From NCBI GenBank assembly GCA_964035575.1, contig OZ037842.1:1426001-1490000 (forward strand): a DNA stretch of 64,000 bases, given 5' to 3'. The position numbers and the translations under genes are program-made. This DNA comes from Rhynchopus sp. YZ270_cl-10. Taxonomy: Eukaryota. Numbering within the stretch: the stretch's first letter is position 1; each line of letters opens with the position of its first letter. The notes below the pieces were generated by a model. It was given only the letters and a program-made list of their open reading frames with translations. It did no database searches and was not told the origin of the DNA. Of the stretch, positions 12,058-24,865 are shown one piece after another.

Positions 12058-12926
12058 TATTTGCAAACCATAAAGCGAAAAAAAGCACATAAAAGGAAAA
12101 GGCTTCGGCCAACATAGTACAGACCCTATTAGCCCTAAGTGGGTTATTAGGTGATTGTCGACAACAAAAACAAACACACCAAAAAAAAAAAAAAACAAAA
12201 AACAAAAAAAACAAACAAAAAATATACAAAAAACCAGGTCAAACAATAAACGTAACGATTTTTAAACCCAGTAGTGAATACCACACAGCTGCACCGTTCC
12301 CCTCAATGCATATGAGTGTATTTTTTTTTTCCCCATCAAAAAGGTTGACTAAGCGCGAGAATTTAGTCTCAATTTACCAAAAAATCCCCCCCCTTTTTTT
12401 TGTGTCTGTACACTCATTCGTCTCTCTCCTCGGGGAAAAGTGGAAAGGTGATTTTTTTTTTTTTACAGGGTTGGCGGAAACCCTGTACTATACGCTGTCC
12501 CGTTCTCTTTTGCTCTGTCGCTGTGTGGTCCAATTGGGGCCAGACCGGGACCTGGTCCTAGTTGGTGCCTTTTTTACCCGACATCAGGATTTTTTTTTGC
12601 ATTTTTGTCCCGAACCCAACCCAAAACCCCGCAAATGCACCACCAATAGCAACAACAGACATCCTTCAACGTCATTCGTTTGACAGTGGAAACAAACAAA
12701 CAAACAAAAAAAAAAAACAAAAAAAATGTCTGTTCTTCGTCCCCCATCCCAGAACTGCAAAGAGCTACAACTGTATTTTAAAGTAAAGAAAAAACGCCCC
12801 CCTACACCAGCGCACAAACCCTCTGTTCTCCCCATTCACCCCTCCCTCCCTCCCATCCACAGGACCCTCCCAGGGACTGTGTGGCGGGAATTTACTGTGG
12901 GAGGAGTTTTCTGTGTATTTTTTTTT

Positions 12927-13297
12927 TTTATTCCCCTGGGAAATAAAGTATACGAAGGATTTGGCACTTTTAGCGGGATTTTATTTAATGATAATTTCAC
13001 GCTAAATTTTGGTACATGTAGGTAGTAGGGCTGGAGGGACCGTCCAGCCTTTTTTAGCCTCCCTCCAGCCTCCTCAATCCCGCCAGCCCCTCAGCGGGCC
13101 TATCTAGGGGTCCGCGGGACCCGGTAGCGCTGGCGGGAGGGTAATGAGAGCTTTTTTTTTTTTTTTTTTCACGCTCTTTTTTTTTTTTTCCCTGAGAGCT
13201 TCCTGTGAGGACACATACTCGTTAGTTATTGCACAATAAATAAGTCACGCTAAAAGTGCCAAATCCTTTCGTATACTTTATTTCCCGTGAAATAAAA
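12927..13297. repeat. Inverted repeat pair (~50-bp arms), probable MITE
   Basis: gggaaataaagtatacgaaggatttggcacttttagcg (~12938-12976) is nearly the reverse complement of cgctaaaagtgccaaatcctttcgtatactttatttccc (~13248-13287). Confidence 0.7.
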
Positions 13298-13302
13298 TTA
13301 CG

Positions 13303-13468
13303 TATTCACCTCCTTTTAGCGGATTATTTTGCGATACTTCACTTATTTTTTTCCCAGGCTCGTGCACTCAATTTGCCTCGCTTCGCTCGGCAAATTAAGT
13401 AGCCCTCGCCTGGGAAAAAAATGCGTGAAGTTATCGCAAAATAAAACCCCGCTAAAAGGAGGTGAATA
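13303..13468. mobile_element. Imperfect palindromic element with central ctcgcttcgctcg hairpin
   Basis: tattcacctccttttagcgg ... ccgctaaaaggaggtgaata termini; inner arms cccagg/cctggg and aatttgcc/ggcaaatt. Confidence 0.7.
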
Positions 13469-13915
13469 AATAGTTATTTTTGTTTCTTTGGGGGAGGATT
13501 GAAGGGGGTTCCCTTGACGCACCTTGACGCAACAGCAACGCTTTTCCCTGTAGGGATTGCTCTGCAATTTCTAAGGAGGATAAATATTGTTCGCCGCAGG
13601 TCTCCACTCTGTGCCGTAGATCAGTTGTTCTCTTGGGGATGCAACACTTATTTGGCTTTCCCAACAGTCTGAACACATTTACGTGCATGCTCCGTTGAAA
13701 CAAGGTATACCAGAGCATGTGAGATTTTGGAATCTGACATAGCTTTTCTCCCCAAGGTTCCCTTTTTTTCCGGTACAGCCGGTGATGTACCCCAAGGTAC
13801 ACTGATATGAGAGGGCTTTGTATTTCAAGTCAACCCTTTTTGTTTTTTTTTGCAATGTGACACGATACGAATCGCATACTAGAAACCACACACCCCCCCA
13901 TGTTATTTCCCCTCC

Positions 13916-14055
13916 TAATGGTGGCAGTATTGTGATTGGAGATCATTGGAATACACAAAATACATCAAAATACATCACAATACACGTGTATTGTGATGTA
14001 TTTTGATGTATTTTGCGTATTCCAATGGGCTCCCATCACAATACTGCCACCATTA
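13916..14055. mobile_element. 140-bp near-perfect palindrome (foldback MITE)
   Basis: taatggtggcagtattgtgat ... centre tacacgtgta (13981-13990) ... atcacaatactgccaccatta. Confidence 0.85.
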
Positions 14056-14499
14056 CCCCTCTTTGGGTGACATTGGGTACAGAACCTTGTCTTAGACAAT
14101 GTCGATGCAAAAAAAATAAGAAAGACACGGTGTAACACTCTGGGGTTCGATAGCCCACGGAGTCCGTAGTCAGTGCTTGCTTCCCAGAGGCGGTTTTTTT
14201 TGTTTTTGTTTTTTTTTTTTGCACTCAATCAACTTCACTTTTATTGCTGCTCAGAGTTATTTGCGGGCAAAGACAGATTTTATTTTATTTTGTTGATCAG
14301 TGCCCCTGTGTCCACCGGAGCACGGTAAGACATTCGCGCTTTCAGCGTCTTCTTTTGTTACACATTAGGGTAAAAAAGTAAAGATGGTATTCTTTGGCAA
14401 TGAAACTATGCAATAAAACACCACATTTTTATCTTGAACAGGGCCTTGCTTTTTTAGTACATTCAGGGGGGGTATTTTTTTTGTTACTGTACTTTTCAA

Positions 14500-14540
14500 G
14501 GTGACTAAGCACGAGAGGCTTAGGGTCATCTTATAAACTT
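14500..14540 (+). repeat. Dispersed hairpin family A (representative; about 15 copies, all seen on +)
   Basis: ggtgactaagc-a-cGAGAg-gcttagggtcatcttataaactt; copies near 6947, 7345, 12343, 15522, 26708, 28569, 28619, 29166, 31917, 34165, 44537, 45325, 45738, 45998, 53624. Confidence 0.85.
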
Positions 14541-16086
14541 TTTTCTTTGGGGGGGGGGTGCAGACAGCTGCGCAGTGAGGGGGATGTTTTCCCCCCCTCT
14601 CCATTATGTCCTCTAACCTTCGTATTGCTATGCTTATTCATGCTTTGTGTTTGTATCCTCTCACCCCTCCCCTTTTCCTACCCCCCCATTTGGAGCTTTC
14701 GCCTTGTGTCGGTTAACACAACAGGCATGTGTGTTTTTTTTTTTTTTTTTTTTTGGATATTTTTTTTTGTTTCTCCAGAAAGAGGTTTTGTGACTCACAC
14801 CTGTGCAGATACTCTGGGTTTGATTTGTGTACCTGCATCCGAGAGGTGTGCGCATGGTATACACTTTACTTAGTGGGGGAAAAAGTGTGTCCATCTTTCA
14901 AATTTTCTTTGTTTTTATTCCACTTCCCGAACAAAAGATCCCCCCATGAAAAGGTAGAGTGGACAAGCCAGTCGGCAGCTTTTGCCTTTTTATTGGGTTG
15001 GGTCCTTTCCATTTGGTCTTGTGGTTTTTTTTTTTTGAAACGTTTCACTCCGTTTCAGCACTTTCACGTTACAAAGAGAATGAAGCCATCTAAAACGCAG
15101 CGCTTCGCTGGCACAGTACTGCCTTGATTTTCGTTGCACACAAACTCTTGGTTTTTTTTTTTGCAACTGACGCGCTGGAGAGGCCCTGGCCAAACATGGC
15201 GTGTTAGGGGAAATATATTCGTCGCACAGATTAGATCAGAGACCCCACCCGATATGTTTTTCATTTTACCTCTTTTGTGCTCCGCCACCGACACTCCCAT
15301 TTTCTGTACTTCAGGCAATAATCATATACCATCACACACTGACACAGTCCGCGTGTGCTGGAAACAATCAATTTTTTCAAAAAAAAAAAGTGGAAGCGTG
15401 CAATGCAACAAACGGTCGAGATCTGATCAAGCGAAACGGATATATTTCTTCTTGTTGAACACTCCCAACAGGGTCTGTGCAGAAACAGAAACAGGGTGGC
15501 TGAGCTTGTTTATTTTTAAAAGGTGGCTCACCAATGTGTGAGGTTTAGGATCGTCTTACAAAAAACCCCCTTTTTTTTTTGCCAGTTCCCGTCCGCCGAT
15601 GTACGGTGAGGCGCTTGCACTGTCAACTTCTCTTTTTTTTTTTCCCTTTCAAATATTGCAGTTTTTTCAAAACACAAAAACGAGACGTATACAAACACTC
15701 CGTCTTTGGCAGATGTGTGTTGTTCTCTCGTTCACCATGACGCAGATTGCCCTCCCTCGGCTATTGGAATTTTCAATGGGTAAAGGGAAGGGCATTTTTT
15801 TGTTCGTTTTTTTTTTTGGGATTAGGTGGTTAGGGAGGGGCACGCGATTGCCCTGCAAGGGGGTTTCCTTGGTCACAGTATGGGCTGGCCAGTTCTTTTA
15901 TATTTATGAGTTTCAGAAGAAAAAAAAGCATGCTAGTACTATTTTTGCAATGTTTTTGCATTCACCCCCCAAAAAAAAACACTATTTAAAAAAAAAAATC
16001 TATATTTTTCAGGTTGCTATTGCACTTCACTCCAAGCAACCCCACACGCAATCCCCCATCGGTTCTCAGAACGGCAGAGCAGTTTA

Positions 16087-16157
16087 AAAAAAAACAAAAA
16101 CAAAAACAAAAACAAAAACAAAAACAAAAACAAAAACAAAAACAAAAACAAAAAAAA
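16087..16157 (+). repeat. (CAAAAA)n microsatellite
   Basis: Direct reading. Confidence 0.9.
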
Positions 16158-16452
16158 GAGTGAACTGGACATTTGCACAGGTCGTTACTGCGTTATATTC
16201 CAACAATTTTTCAAAAAAAAAAAAAAAAATCCAAAAGTTCAAGAAAGTTGTCGAGAAAAGAAGAAAAAAAACAAAAAAAACAAAAAATGGCAAAACAAAG
16301 ATTACAAAATTCCATCTGGACCTCTTCTCTTTTTCTCTCTTTAGCTCACCCAACCCATCACCTACACAACTTTATCAACATCTCTAGGAACACACCACCC
16401 CTTTGAGCTCAAAAGGGAACGCACCGACCTAAACACCCCAACACAACACACA

Positions 16453-17204
16453 ATGGAAAATGTAGACAACCCCGACTTCGACCAGCTCTCCCAGGAGAAA
16501 GATCCTTTGGGGTATATCCCATTTTCTCACCCTAAACCTACAACACAATTCATTTTTTTTTTGATGGACAAAACTCCATCTTTCGATTGAAAGAATATCT
16601 TAATCATTTTTATACACTGTCATGAGGGCTTATTTCAAGTCAACATTTTTTTGTCACAACCCTACTTTAGCGTTATGTTCAAACGACTTCCAACTCTGTG
16701 GCCAAGCTTTCTTATCATTCACCGTATCACTCACCTACCTGACATGGTGTCGTGATTGGGGTACAATTCTCTGATATGATACTTCCCCAACCTTACCCTA
16801 ACACAGAGCAATCAGACGGATACAAGAGAACGCAGTGAAGCAGCATGAGGACGACCGTGAGGTGTACATGAAGGAGAAGAATGGAGAGACATTGAGCAAA
16901 GAGGAGCACGAACGTGTCGTACGATACCGCACCATGCGTACCCGACTGCGCAAGGCTCGGCGCGGTGGAGGTGGTGTGTCGCTTATGGCAAAGCTAGACA
17001 TGATGGTCTACTTTCTCTTCGCAGTCGGCCTCTACTTTATCTTGCTCTGGGAATACAAGGTACGTAACTTTATGAAAAAGAAAGAACAATATACAATACA
17101 TAATACAGCTTGACGTTCTTCCGATGATTCTCAATTTCTTGCGGCCGAACTTCGACCACCTCGACGAAGGAGGAAACTGGAAGACACACGCAGAAGAGTT
17201 GTGA
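16453..17204 (+). CDS. Small membrane protein; exons 16453-16511, 16807-17059, 17109-17204
   Basis: Spliced product MENVDNPDFDQLSQEKDPLG-AIRRIQEN...MMVYFLFAVGLYFILLWEYK-LDVLPM...THAEEL*; both introns GT-AG with frame preserved; one hydrophobic segment. Confidence 0.7.
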
Positions 17205-17529
17205 GGATTCCATAAAAAGACAGTAACGCAGCAAACAGAGGGGTAAAAAACTAAGGCGGATTTTTGGGATTTGGAGGAGGTTTTTTTACCCCATTGTTTG
17301 TGTCACTGTATTATGCGGCAATCTCCTGCGTTATTTTTTTGTATTTTTGTGTGGTAAGGCTTCCAACCTTTGCAACATTTTTTTCATTCTCAACGAACAC
17401 CATAAGTAGGGTGTATATGAGAACGGTGATGTTCTACAAAACAATACACCGCGTCTTTATCGTTGTTACCTCGCATCTTTGAATAAATGTGCACGAGAGG
17501 GACAGACCTCTTCCAAGTTTTTTTTTTAA

Positions 17530-17605
17530 CACTCCGGGGGGTTCGATAACCCGAGGAGTGTCAGTGCCTGTGTCCCTGAGGCGTTTTGCACTATCAACTT
17601 CACTT
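17530..17605 (+). repeat. Dispersed double-hairpin family B/C (representative; about 15 copies, all seen on +)
   Basis: cactccggggttcgataaccc(a)cggagtg-tcagtgc...gaggcgtttgcactatcaactt; copies near 14136, 30980, 31700, 33467, 33668, 34243, 39121, 57718, 62109; second hairpin alone near 15590, 30535, 44283, 53575, 60421. Confidence 0.85.
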
Positions 17606-17865
17606 TTTTTTCTTTCAGCCTCTTCAAAAAAATCGTTCAATTCATGATTCGGGCAATCAAATAAAAACTCCATTCTCTCTCTCTCCTGACCACCTCAAAA
17701 CCCCCACCTCTGCTCTAACCAATAAAAGACCACCCTCTCTCTCATCACCACCCCACTATTTCAAACTTAGTTGTATCAGTGGTCTCCACAAAACACTTTT
17801 TTTTTGACCTTTTTTTTACTCCCCAGACAATATCTTTCCGGGAATTTCCCACCTTTTTTTTTAAA

Positions 17866-19125
17866 ATGAGCGGCGGTATGTGGGAAATGGAGGAGGAACA
17901 ACAGAACCAACAAAATGACAAATCGAATGCCCAAAGCGAGACTGCTGCCTTTTCAGTTCTCCTTCAGGACATCATCAACGCAAACAGCGAGCACGCCGTT
18001 GGAGAGGCTCTCACTGTCCTAGAAAAGATTCTTGCAAACTGCGTCGCGCACCCAGGGGATGAGAAATACCATCAGGTTCGATTGACACAAGAGATTTTCA
18101 TGAATAAGGTGTGGCGGGTGCATGGGTGTAGAAGGTTTTTGGAGAATGTAGGGTTTTTTCTTTTGGGGACTCATGTAAGGTTGTCTGCGTACGATCCTGC
18201 GAAGCTTCTTGCTTCTCTTGAAGCAATTCGCGAGGCAAAGTATCAATTACATTGCAAACAATCGGAACAAAAGCAACGTCGTGTTGAGGTCCTGCATTAT
18301 GAGGCAGCGCTGAAGGAGGAACGCCGCCTTCGCCTTCAAGAGCGTGACACCGAGATAAACCACCTGATTGACAAACACCACCCCGATCCTGAGGTTGCCG
18401 AAGGTCTTGCCCAGCTTCCTTCCTCATTGATTGACAGATTGACGACAATTCTGCGGAATATTCTTCTTCATAAAAACGATCCGACTGCATCAAAATATTT
18501 TGTGCTTCGTTGCGCCAATCCAAAAATCCGAGAATTATTGGACCGTCCATTTGTTTCAGATCTTCTTAGTGAATGTGGATTTGCAACTTCCGAAGAAACA
18601 TTTAGTATCGAAGCTCGTCTAGGAGAAAAGAGTTTGGACAGCGATGTGGCAGGGGCTTTGAAGACAGTTGAGTCTGCGTTGAAAAGGAGTATCGCTTTGT
18701 CTGAGCAGGCGCAAGCAGATCATAGGGAAGGGGTGAAGTTACTTCGCAAGCGTGGTGTCCCGCAGTCGGCTCAATCCGACCCTCCTCCCTCGGGAAGGCA
18801 GCTCAGCAAGGATGCGCAGGAAAGTCTTCTCACCGCAACACAGTTGATCAACGACATACAAGGTCTCATGGAGCAAGAGTGGCTGCTTAAAGGGGCAATA
18901 GGCTATGAGGCGAATTTCAGAAAAGAGGGTAAGGCAATGCTAGAAAGGTACAACAAGGCGGAGCTCTCGCTGATCAATTTGCATGCGCTAAAGGAAAGCT
19001 GGGAAGAGCGTGTGGAAAAGGTCAAGGCAACCACAGGGCGCACCCTTGTCAACACCATCTACGCTCCACCGGATAAGGAAACAGGCAAGCCGCATCCTTC
19101 TTCGTTTACAGGACGCAATGTCTGA
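17866..19125 (+). CDS. PUB-domain protein (two PUB-like domains)
   Basis: LEKILANCVAHPGDEKYHQVRLTQEIFMNKV...FLENVGF and LTTILRNILLH...KYFVLRCANPKI...LLSECGF. Confidence 0.8.
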   Translation: MSGGMWEMEEEQQNQQNDKSNAQSETAAFSVLLQDIINANSEHAVGEALTVLEKILANCVAHPGDEKYHQVRLTQEIFMNKVWRVHGCRRFLENVGFFLLGTHVRLSAYDPAKLLASLEAIREAKYQLHCKQSEQKQRRVEVLHYEAALKEERRLRLQERDTEINHLIDKHHPDPEVAEGLAQLPSSLIDRLTTILRNILLHKNDPTASKYFVLRCANPKIRELLDRPFVSDLLSECGFATSEETFSIEARLGEKSLDSDVAGALKTVESALKRSIALSEQAQADHREGVKLLRKRGVPQSAQSDPPPSGRQLSKDAQESLLTATQLINDIQGLMEQEWLLKGAIGYEANFRKEGKAMLERYNKAELSLINLHALKESWEERVEKVKATTGRTLVNTIYAPPDKETGKPHPSSFTGRNV

Positions 19126-19461
19126 TGGTACTCTGGATTGCCAATTTTGTTTTTTGTTGACTTCGCGAGGTGTATTGAATTAAAAAAAAAACCACTATTT
19201 TTTTTGGTGGCTGAGCAAAAAAGCTTGGGCAAGGGGGGAGGAATTTCCCCCCTTTTCTCAGATTGGATTTAGCAATATATTTTTGGGGGTTGAGGATCTT
19301 AAAACACAACGTCTCTTTTTTATGAGAAAAGCGAACTCCCCACGCTCTCTAACCTAAACGACAAAACGCCCCCTCTTTTGTGACAGTTCGAAGTACTGAT
19401 TCCCCCCCACCCCCGTTCACGTTTTATTTTGTCATCCATTCACTCAGAGACAACACCGAAC

Positions 19462-21683
19462 ATGGCGAACCACACTCAGGTCGTCGCTCAGGTGCTCAAA
19501 CGAAGTGCCTCTGAAGACGACAGCGAGCCCTTTGAGGAGGTACACATCAGTATTGAGGTGCAGAAGGACAACCCGATCACAATCATGGAGAAGCTTGGCG
19601 TGGCACGCGGCTTTCTTTGCTACTTCGGCCGCATCAGTGATGAGTCCTTGACCGTGAAGCACTGGTACGACGGGAAGAACCCCATGGTCATCGTCCCCGT
19701 CAAAAGCGACTACATCGAGGCAGCAGAGGTGCGCTCCCAGAACTCTGCCGCACGCCTTGTCGACGCAGGCGTTCCCATTGCGCACGCCATCAAGGCGTTG
19801 GGACGTGCCTACTGGCACAAAGGTTTTCATGAGTTCTCTGGTGCTGCGACGAACGCAAGAAAGCTAGTCGAAGCGACGTGCCGTGACCCATACAACGACA
19901 GGACAGAGCTTGTCACATTGGATCCGTTTGGGGAGCTTGGCCCAACCGGGCACTTCCGAGAGAACGTACCATGGGACGACGCAGACGTGATCCTCCCCCC
20001 GCATGCAGTAGGCCACCTCGACTCACTACAGCTGCGCGGTCTCTGGCAAGGTGCGCACGACTACAGAGCACTGTCGGGGGAGGAGCGGCTCGATATACAA
20101 CGGAAGGGCCGAGATTGGCATGAAAGGTGCAGCTTCATTGAGAAGTCTGCCCGCGCAGTGGTGCGTGTCTTTGGCTACCACGAACTGACAGGGTGCGAGC
20201 GGGCTGCAAAGTCCACCACCGACAAATACGAAGCGTACCGCGAGTTCAAGGTCGACGGCACTAGTGCTTCGTACCGTTTTGTGCCTTTTACGGCGTTCTT
20301 TGTGTCGCCTACGCTGCTGCTTTGCACACGCACCTGTTGTTACAACTCGAAGGCGCAGACGTATGCTTCAGACTTCTACTGGACGAGACGGGTTCGTGCC
20401 AAGCATGGCATGCTGCGTGAGGGGGTCGACCTCTTCCGCTGCAAGGAGGTGCAGAACGTGTCGTCCTTCTTGGTCGACAAGATCCGCTCTATTGGCGTCG
20501 AGCTCACCGACGAGAAGGTGCCGCCGGGCAACATGAGTGTCGCCTGGAACGACCTCATGCTGCTTGAGGTCGAACGCGAGCACGCCTCGTCCGACTACCT
20601 CCTCCCAGACGCCAACGTCATCAAGAAAGGCGACGACCTCGCTAGCATATACTACTGCGAGCGTCCAAGCGAGGATTGGATCGACGACGTGATGGGTCCT
20701 AAAGGCCACGACATCGACATAGGGCTCAGAGACCTTATGGATATGTGTTGGGGCTTCGACATCAAAAGCGTGGCCTTAGGGCAAGCGAAGAACGAAGACG
20801 AAAACGGCATCGCCAACCACACCTCCGCATTGGTAACAGGAAGCTGTGGCAGCCCTGTCTTCCACAGCTTCAAAGGTGTGACGGAAAGCAACGAGGCAGA
20901 AGAAAAAGAGATTTTGACCTTTTGTGCCATAAACTGTGGACGCTGCAAAGACGAGATCGAACGGAATGTGTCCGACATCGAGGCAAACAACACAACACCC
21001 GCCGCTGCGAAGATGGCAAAGTCGCTAAACATGTTCAACACCTCTATCTCCGTCTCCCACATCACCTTTATCCTTCTCTACCAGCAGTACATCCTACCGG
21101 AGTTCCAAAACAAACCAGAAGAAGCGTATCTCCAGAAGCTCTTTACACCGTACGCAGTCTTTGTAAAGCCAGACGTCCTTCGTGCGTGTCATAGAAAGAT
21201 GTTGAAAGATGCTGAGGACCACAACGACTGGGGGTATGCATCGTTTGTAAACGATTTTCATAAAAGTTCACATTTTTTTTTTTACCTTTTGATTTGTCTG
21301 CGACTTCTTAACACATTAGACAAAAATGTTAGGTACCGTCAAAGTGATAATGTTGCAACGCTCGATTCGGATCGAGGCCAAGCGTTCCAACATTTTTATG
21401 TTACAAATATTTTACGTTCCGACATTTTTCCATTCACGGTAAATACCCGTTAGCGATGCTTTCAAAATGCTAATATAAACACAACAGGATGGCGTTCTGG
21501 GAGAGACATGACACCGCATCTGCCCTGTACTGCTTCAGAGAGGGAGCGCGAATGTTCTGCATCGCCACTATCCCAGATATGTCCGCAATAGAAATAAAAC
21601 TGAAAGACGCACTGCAATCAAACGTATCCGCAGTCGTCATGTCTGTTCTAGAACAGAAAGAGCAAAAAGATGCCACTGCATAA
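19462..21683 (+). CDS. Protein with a trypsin-like peptidase fold (atypical active site) and C-terminal TPR-like helix; exons 19462-21233 and 21488-21683
   Basis: TAFFVSPTLLLCTRTC, NDLMLLEV and HTSALVTGSCGSPVF follow the trypsin_2 motif order. Intron GTATGC 21234 to AACAG 21487 joins ORF 21489. Confidence 0.65.
21334..21441. mobile_element. Degenerate intronic MITE related to 11661-12057
   Basis: taccgt...acggta ends and aatgttg / ccaacattttt sub-repeats. Confidence 0.5.
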
Positions 21684-22537
21684 TCAACCTAGTATTGTTT
21701 TTAACCCTGATTTTGCCCTCTGTTGCCCTTTTGAAATTAAAGTAAAAAAGAAGTGCTTTGCGGAATAATATACACTGTGGAGATTGCAATAATCCTTCAC
21801 AAAAAAAGGTAGCCGGATAAAGTCCGGTTCTTGACGGACGATTTTGATGCATTTTTGTCCATGCTCTCTTTAATTCCTTTCGGGCGATATGGAGAGGGGT
21901 GTTTTTGCACAAATACCCCTCTTCGCACAGAGTGTTATTTGTAGAAAAACAACAACTAAACTATCCAGAGCCCTCTCTTTTTAACAAAAAAGCGGGTCTC
22001 TTGTTGGATGCCTTTGGATAATAAAAGAAAATTGTGTGAACTACCTTCTTACATAGAAAGCGTGCCTGAGGATCATCTCACAAGAATTTTTCTTTTATTT
22101 TCTTTTATTTTTTGCACAGGGTTCTCCAGGATTTGGGGTTTTTAGGAATTGGGGTCTTTTTGATGCCCTAAAAAAATTTCCCCCGCAAAAAGCGAGAACC
22201 CTGACTTTTACACACACATTTCCCATGGGCAATGGTTCGCTATTAAGAACTGCCCACAACTGTTGTCGACACACAATTCCCCTTAGGAGGGTCTCCTACC
22301 CTCTCCCTTTTCCCGCCTCTCTCTCTCTCTCTCTCCCCTCCTCTTTTTAACCGTAACCGAATAAGAGTTGAATTTCTCCCCTCATTTTCTCTTTTTGCCA
22401 TTTTTTTTAAAAGAAACCACATTCCCTCACAGACACACACCAAAACGGGGAAAACCCGGGGAGGAGGTGTTTACCTTTAAACACCTCTTCCAAAAAAACC
22501 CCTTCTCCCCCAAAAAAGAGTTTCCCCTTTTTAGATT

Positions 22538-24387
22538 ATGTCGTTGCTTTCTGGGATTGCGGATTCGAAGGAGGAAAAATCGTCGGGGAGGAAGCCAAAG
22601 CACATGGGATTTGCTGCAGACCAACCCCCTATGCCTCACGGCGTTCGCAGGAAGAGTAGGCAGGCCCAGCCCGCACCATCCACGACCACGCCGAACAACG
22701 CACTGCGACCCTTCGACCCGATCTCTGGAAGTTATGTCACCGAGATCGCTACTACCGCACCCAAGCCGCAGAGGGCAGGACCACCGGGTCAACCCCCACG
22801 CCGCGCGCCACACAGCACCTCACGCAAGAAGGAAAGCGGCATGGCGAGTTGGATTGGCGATGAATCCTCGCATGCACGCTTCCGCAAAATCAAACGCATT
22901 GGGAGTGGGGCGAACGGCGAGACGTACCTTGCGAAGGATACTACCGACGGGAAGAGCGTCGTGGCGAAGGTCCTCAACACAAAGGATATGGATAACCGGG
23001 ACCTCCGATATGCCTTCTCCGAGATCCGCTGTTTGACAAGCCTGCAGCATCCTTTCATCATTGGACACAAAGCAGACCACTACGACACAAATGCGCTGCT
23101 CATTGTCACCGAATACGCCGAAGGAGGCGACCTAGAGCAGGTCATCGCACACCAAGGCGAAGGGGACGGCTTTTTTACAGAAAACCACGCCATGTTCATT
23201 TTCCTCCAACTCTGCTCCGCAGTGCACACAATCCACGCAGCGCGTATGTTACACCGTGATATCAAAAGCGCGAATGTCTTCTTGACTGCAAATGGTGTTG
23301 TCAAATTAGGCGATTTTGGATATTCACAGAGCTACTATGGGACCATCAGTGATAAGGTGGCGGAGACGTTCTGTGGTACCCCATGCTACTTGTCTCCAGA
23401 GGTGTGGGAGGGCTCGAAATACTCTAAGAAAGCGGACGCATGGTCCCTCGGGGTGGTGCTCTATGAGCTGCTGTTCCTCCAAAAGCCCTTTGCGTCAAGC
23501 AACATAAACGACCTGCGCTTCTCTGTCATCCACGAGGAGGCGTCGTACCATTCCGCCACATCCTACTCCCCGCAGCTTATGAACCTCGCAAAGGGCCTTC
23601 TCAAGAAGAACCCTGACGAACGAAGCAGTACCCGCGCAGTCTTTGCAGAGAAATACGTAAAAGACGTCATCGTGGAGTTCAAAAAGGCAATCAACCGGAC
23701 CAGCGAAAAGCGGCTCTCTGCGGCAGAGAAGCAAAGCATCATTGCGGGGGTGACAAACTGCTTGGACCTGGCAGTGACACCTCCCTCTGGCCCTGCGGGG
23801 CAACCAGAGACGGTGCCAGATGCGGAAGAGTTCTCGGAAGGGGGCAAAGCTGTGCACTTCTGCCCGCACGGACCGACAGTGGCGGAACAGAATGCGCAAG
23901 GTGGTGAGAAGGTGGAGGAAGTTCCAGTGCTCGGGGAGGGTGCGAGTCTGCTCTCAGGCGAGCTCATCCCCTTGGAGCTCGCCTCTGCATCGCTGTCTGG
24001 CGACACAACGTGGGGTCCTTGTACAATTGTGTTCAAAGGCTCGGAGTTTGTTGTCGAAAGTGAAGGGGAAGCGGCGCAGACGATCGGTGTAGGGGACATC
24101 ACAAACGCCTGTCCGCTGCCAGGAGCGGTATGTGGGGTTGTGTTGCAAAATAGTTTTTGTAATAAAATATGGGCTGGTGGTTCGCGCTTTTTCCGTACTT
24201 TTTCCGCCCCCCCCCATTCAGCTACCAGAATAGGTTGTCAATAGTATTATATACATAACACATTCAACAGGATGAATCCGATGCAGTCTTCGGCATGTTC
24301 CTTGCCTCTTCCCAACCAGTGTGGTTCCGCGCCCCAACCCCCACGCTCCGAAATAAATTCTTGGATGAAATTCTTGAATTGTCATAA
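22538..24387 (+). CDS. NEK/NRK-family Ser/Thr kinase with C-terminal PH-like region; exons 22538-24127 and 24271-24387
   Basis: GSGANG, VAK, SEIRCL, HRDIKSANVFL, DFG, TFCGTPCYLSPE, KADAWSLG. Phase-0 intron joins to DESDAVFGMF...VWFRAP...LDEILELS*. Confidence 0.93.
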
Positions 24388-24865
24388 ACACAATCTTTTT
24401 TTGGGGGCGGGGGGGAGAAGTAGGTATTTTCAAGGCACTTCGCAGCAATATTCTTTTTGAATTTCACAATTTCAAAAAAAATTCCTCTCACAAAACGTTT
24501 TTGGGGCAATTCGATTCTGGCAATGTCACTGAAATGTGCATTTTCAGAAAACGAGGGGGGTAAGAAGAGAAGGGGGACAGAGGGACAGCGTACGGTCAAA
24601 ATTAATAAAAAAACAAAAAACGGGGGCTGAATGCCCAACCCAACAGATCATTACTTTAAAAAGCACTTTTTTTTTTCAAAAAAAAAAAAATTATCTCTCC
24701 CCCCCATAATTTTGTGAGCGTCTTCGGACGTCGACACGAATATCGTAAAAGTCAATCCTATAAGGTGGGTGGGGGGGGTGGGTTAAAAAAAGTTTGAAGG
24801 ACGCCGTACCCTGGTCCAGGGGGGTTTTATTTTAAAATTGACTTTTTGGGGTAGGGGGGGGGGGG

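Noticed and set aside
12250..12290. Weak resemblance to a euglenozoan spliced-leader start (aacgattttaa)
   Set aside because: Lacks the conserved CAGTTTCTGTACTTTATTG core and donor site.
10912..16400. Numerous 60-200 aa F/K-rich ORFs in intergenic DNA
   Set aside because: Arise from poly-T/poly-A tracts; no coding signature.
17530..17605. tRNA gene suggested by GGTTCGA
   Set aside because: No cloverleaf, D arm or anticodon arm; the motif sits in the 5' hairpin of a repeat.
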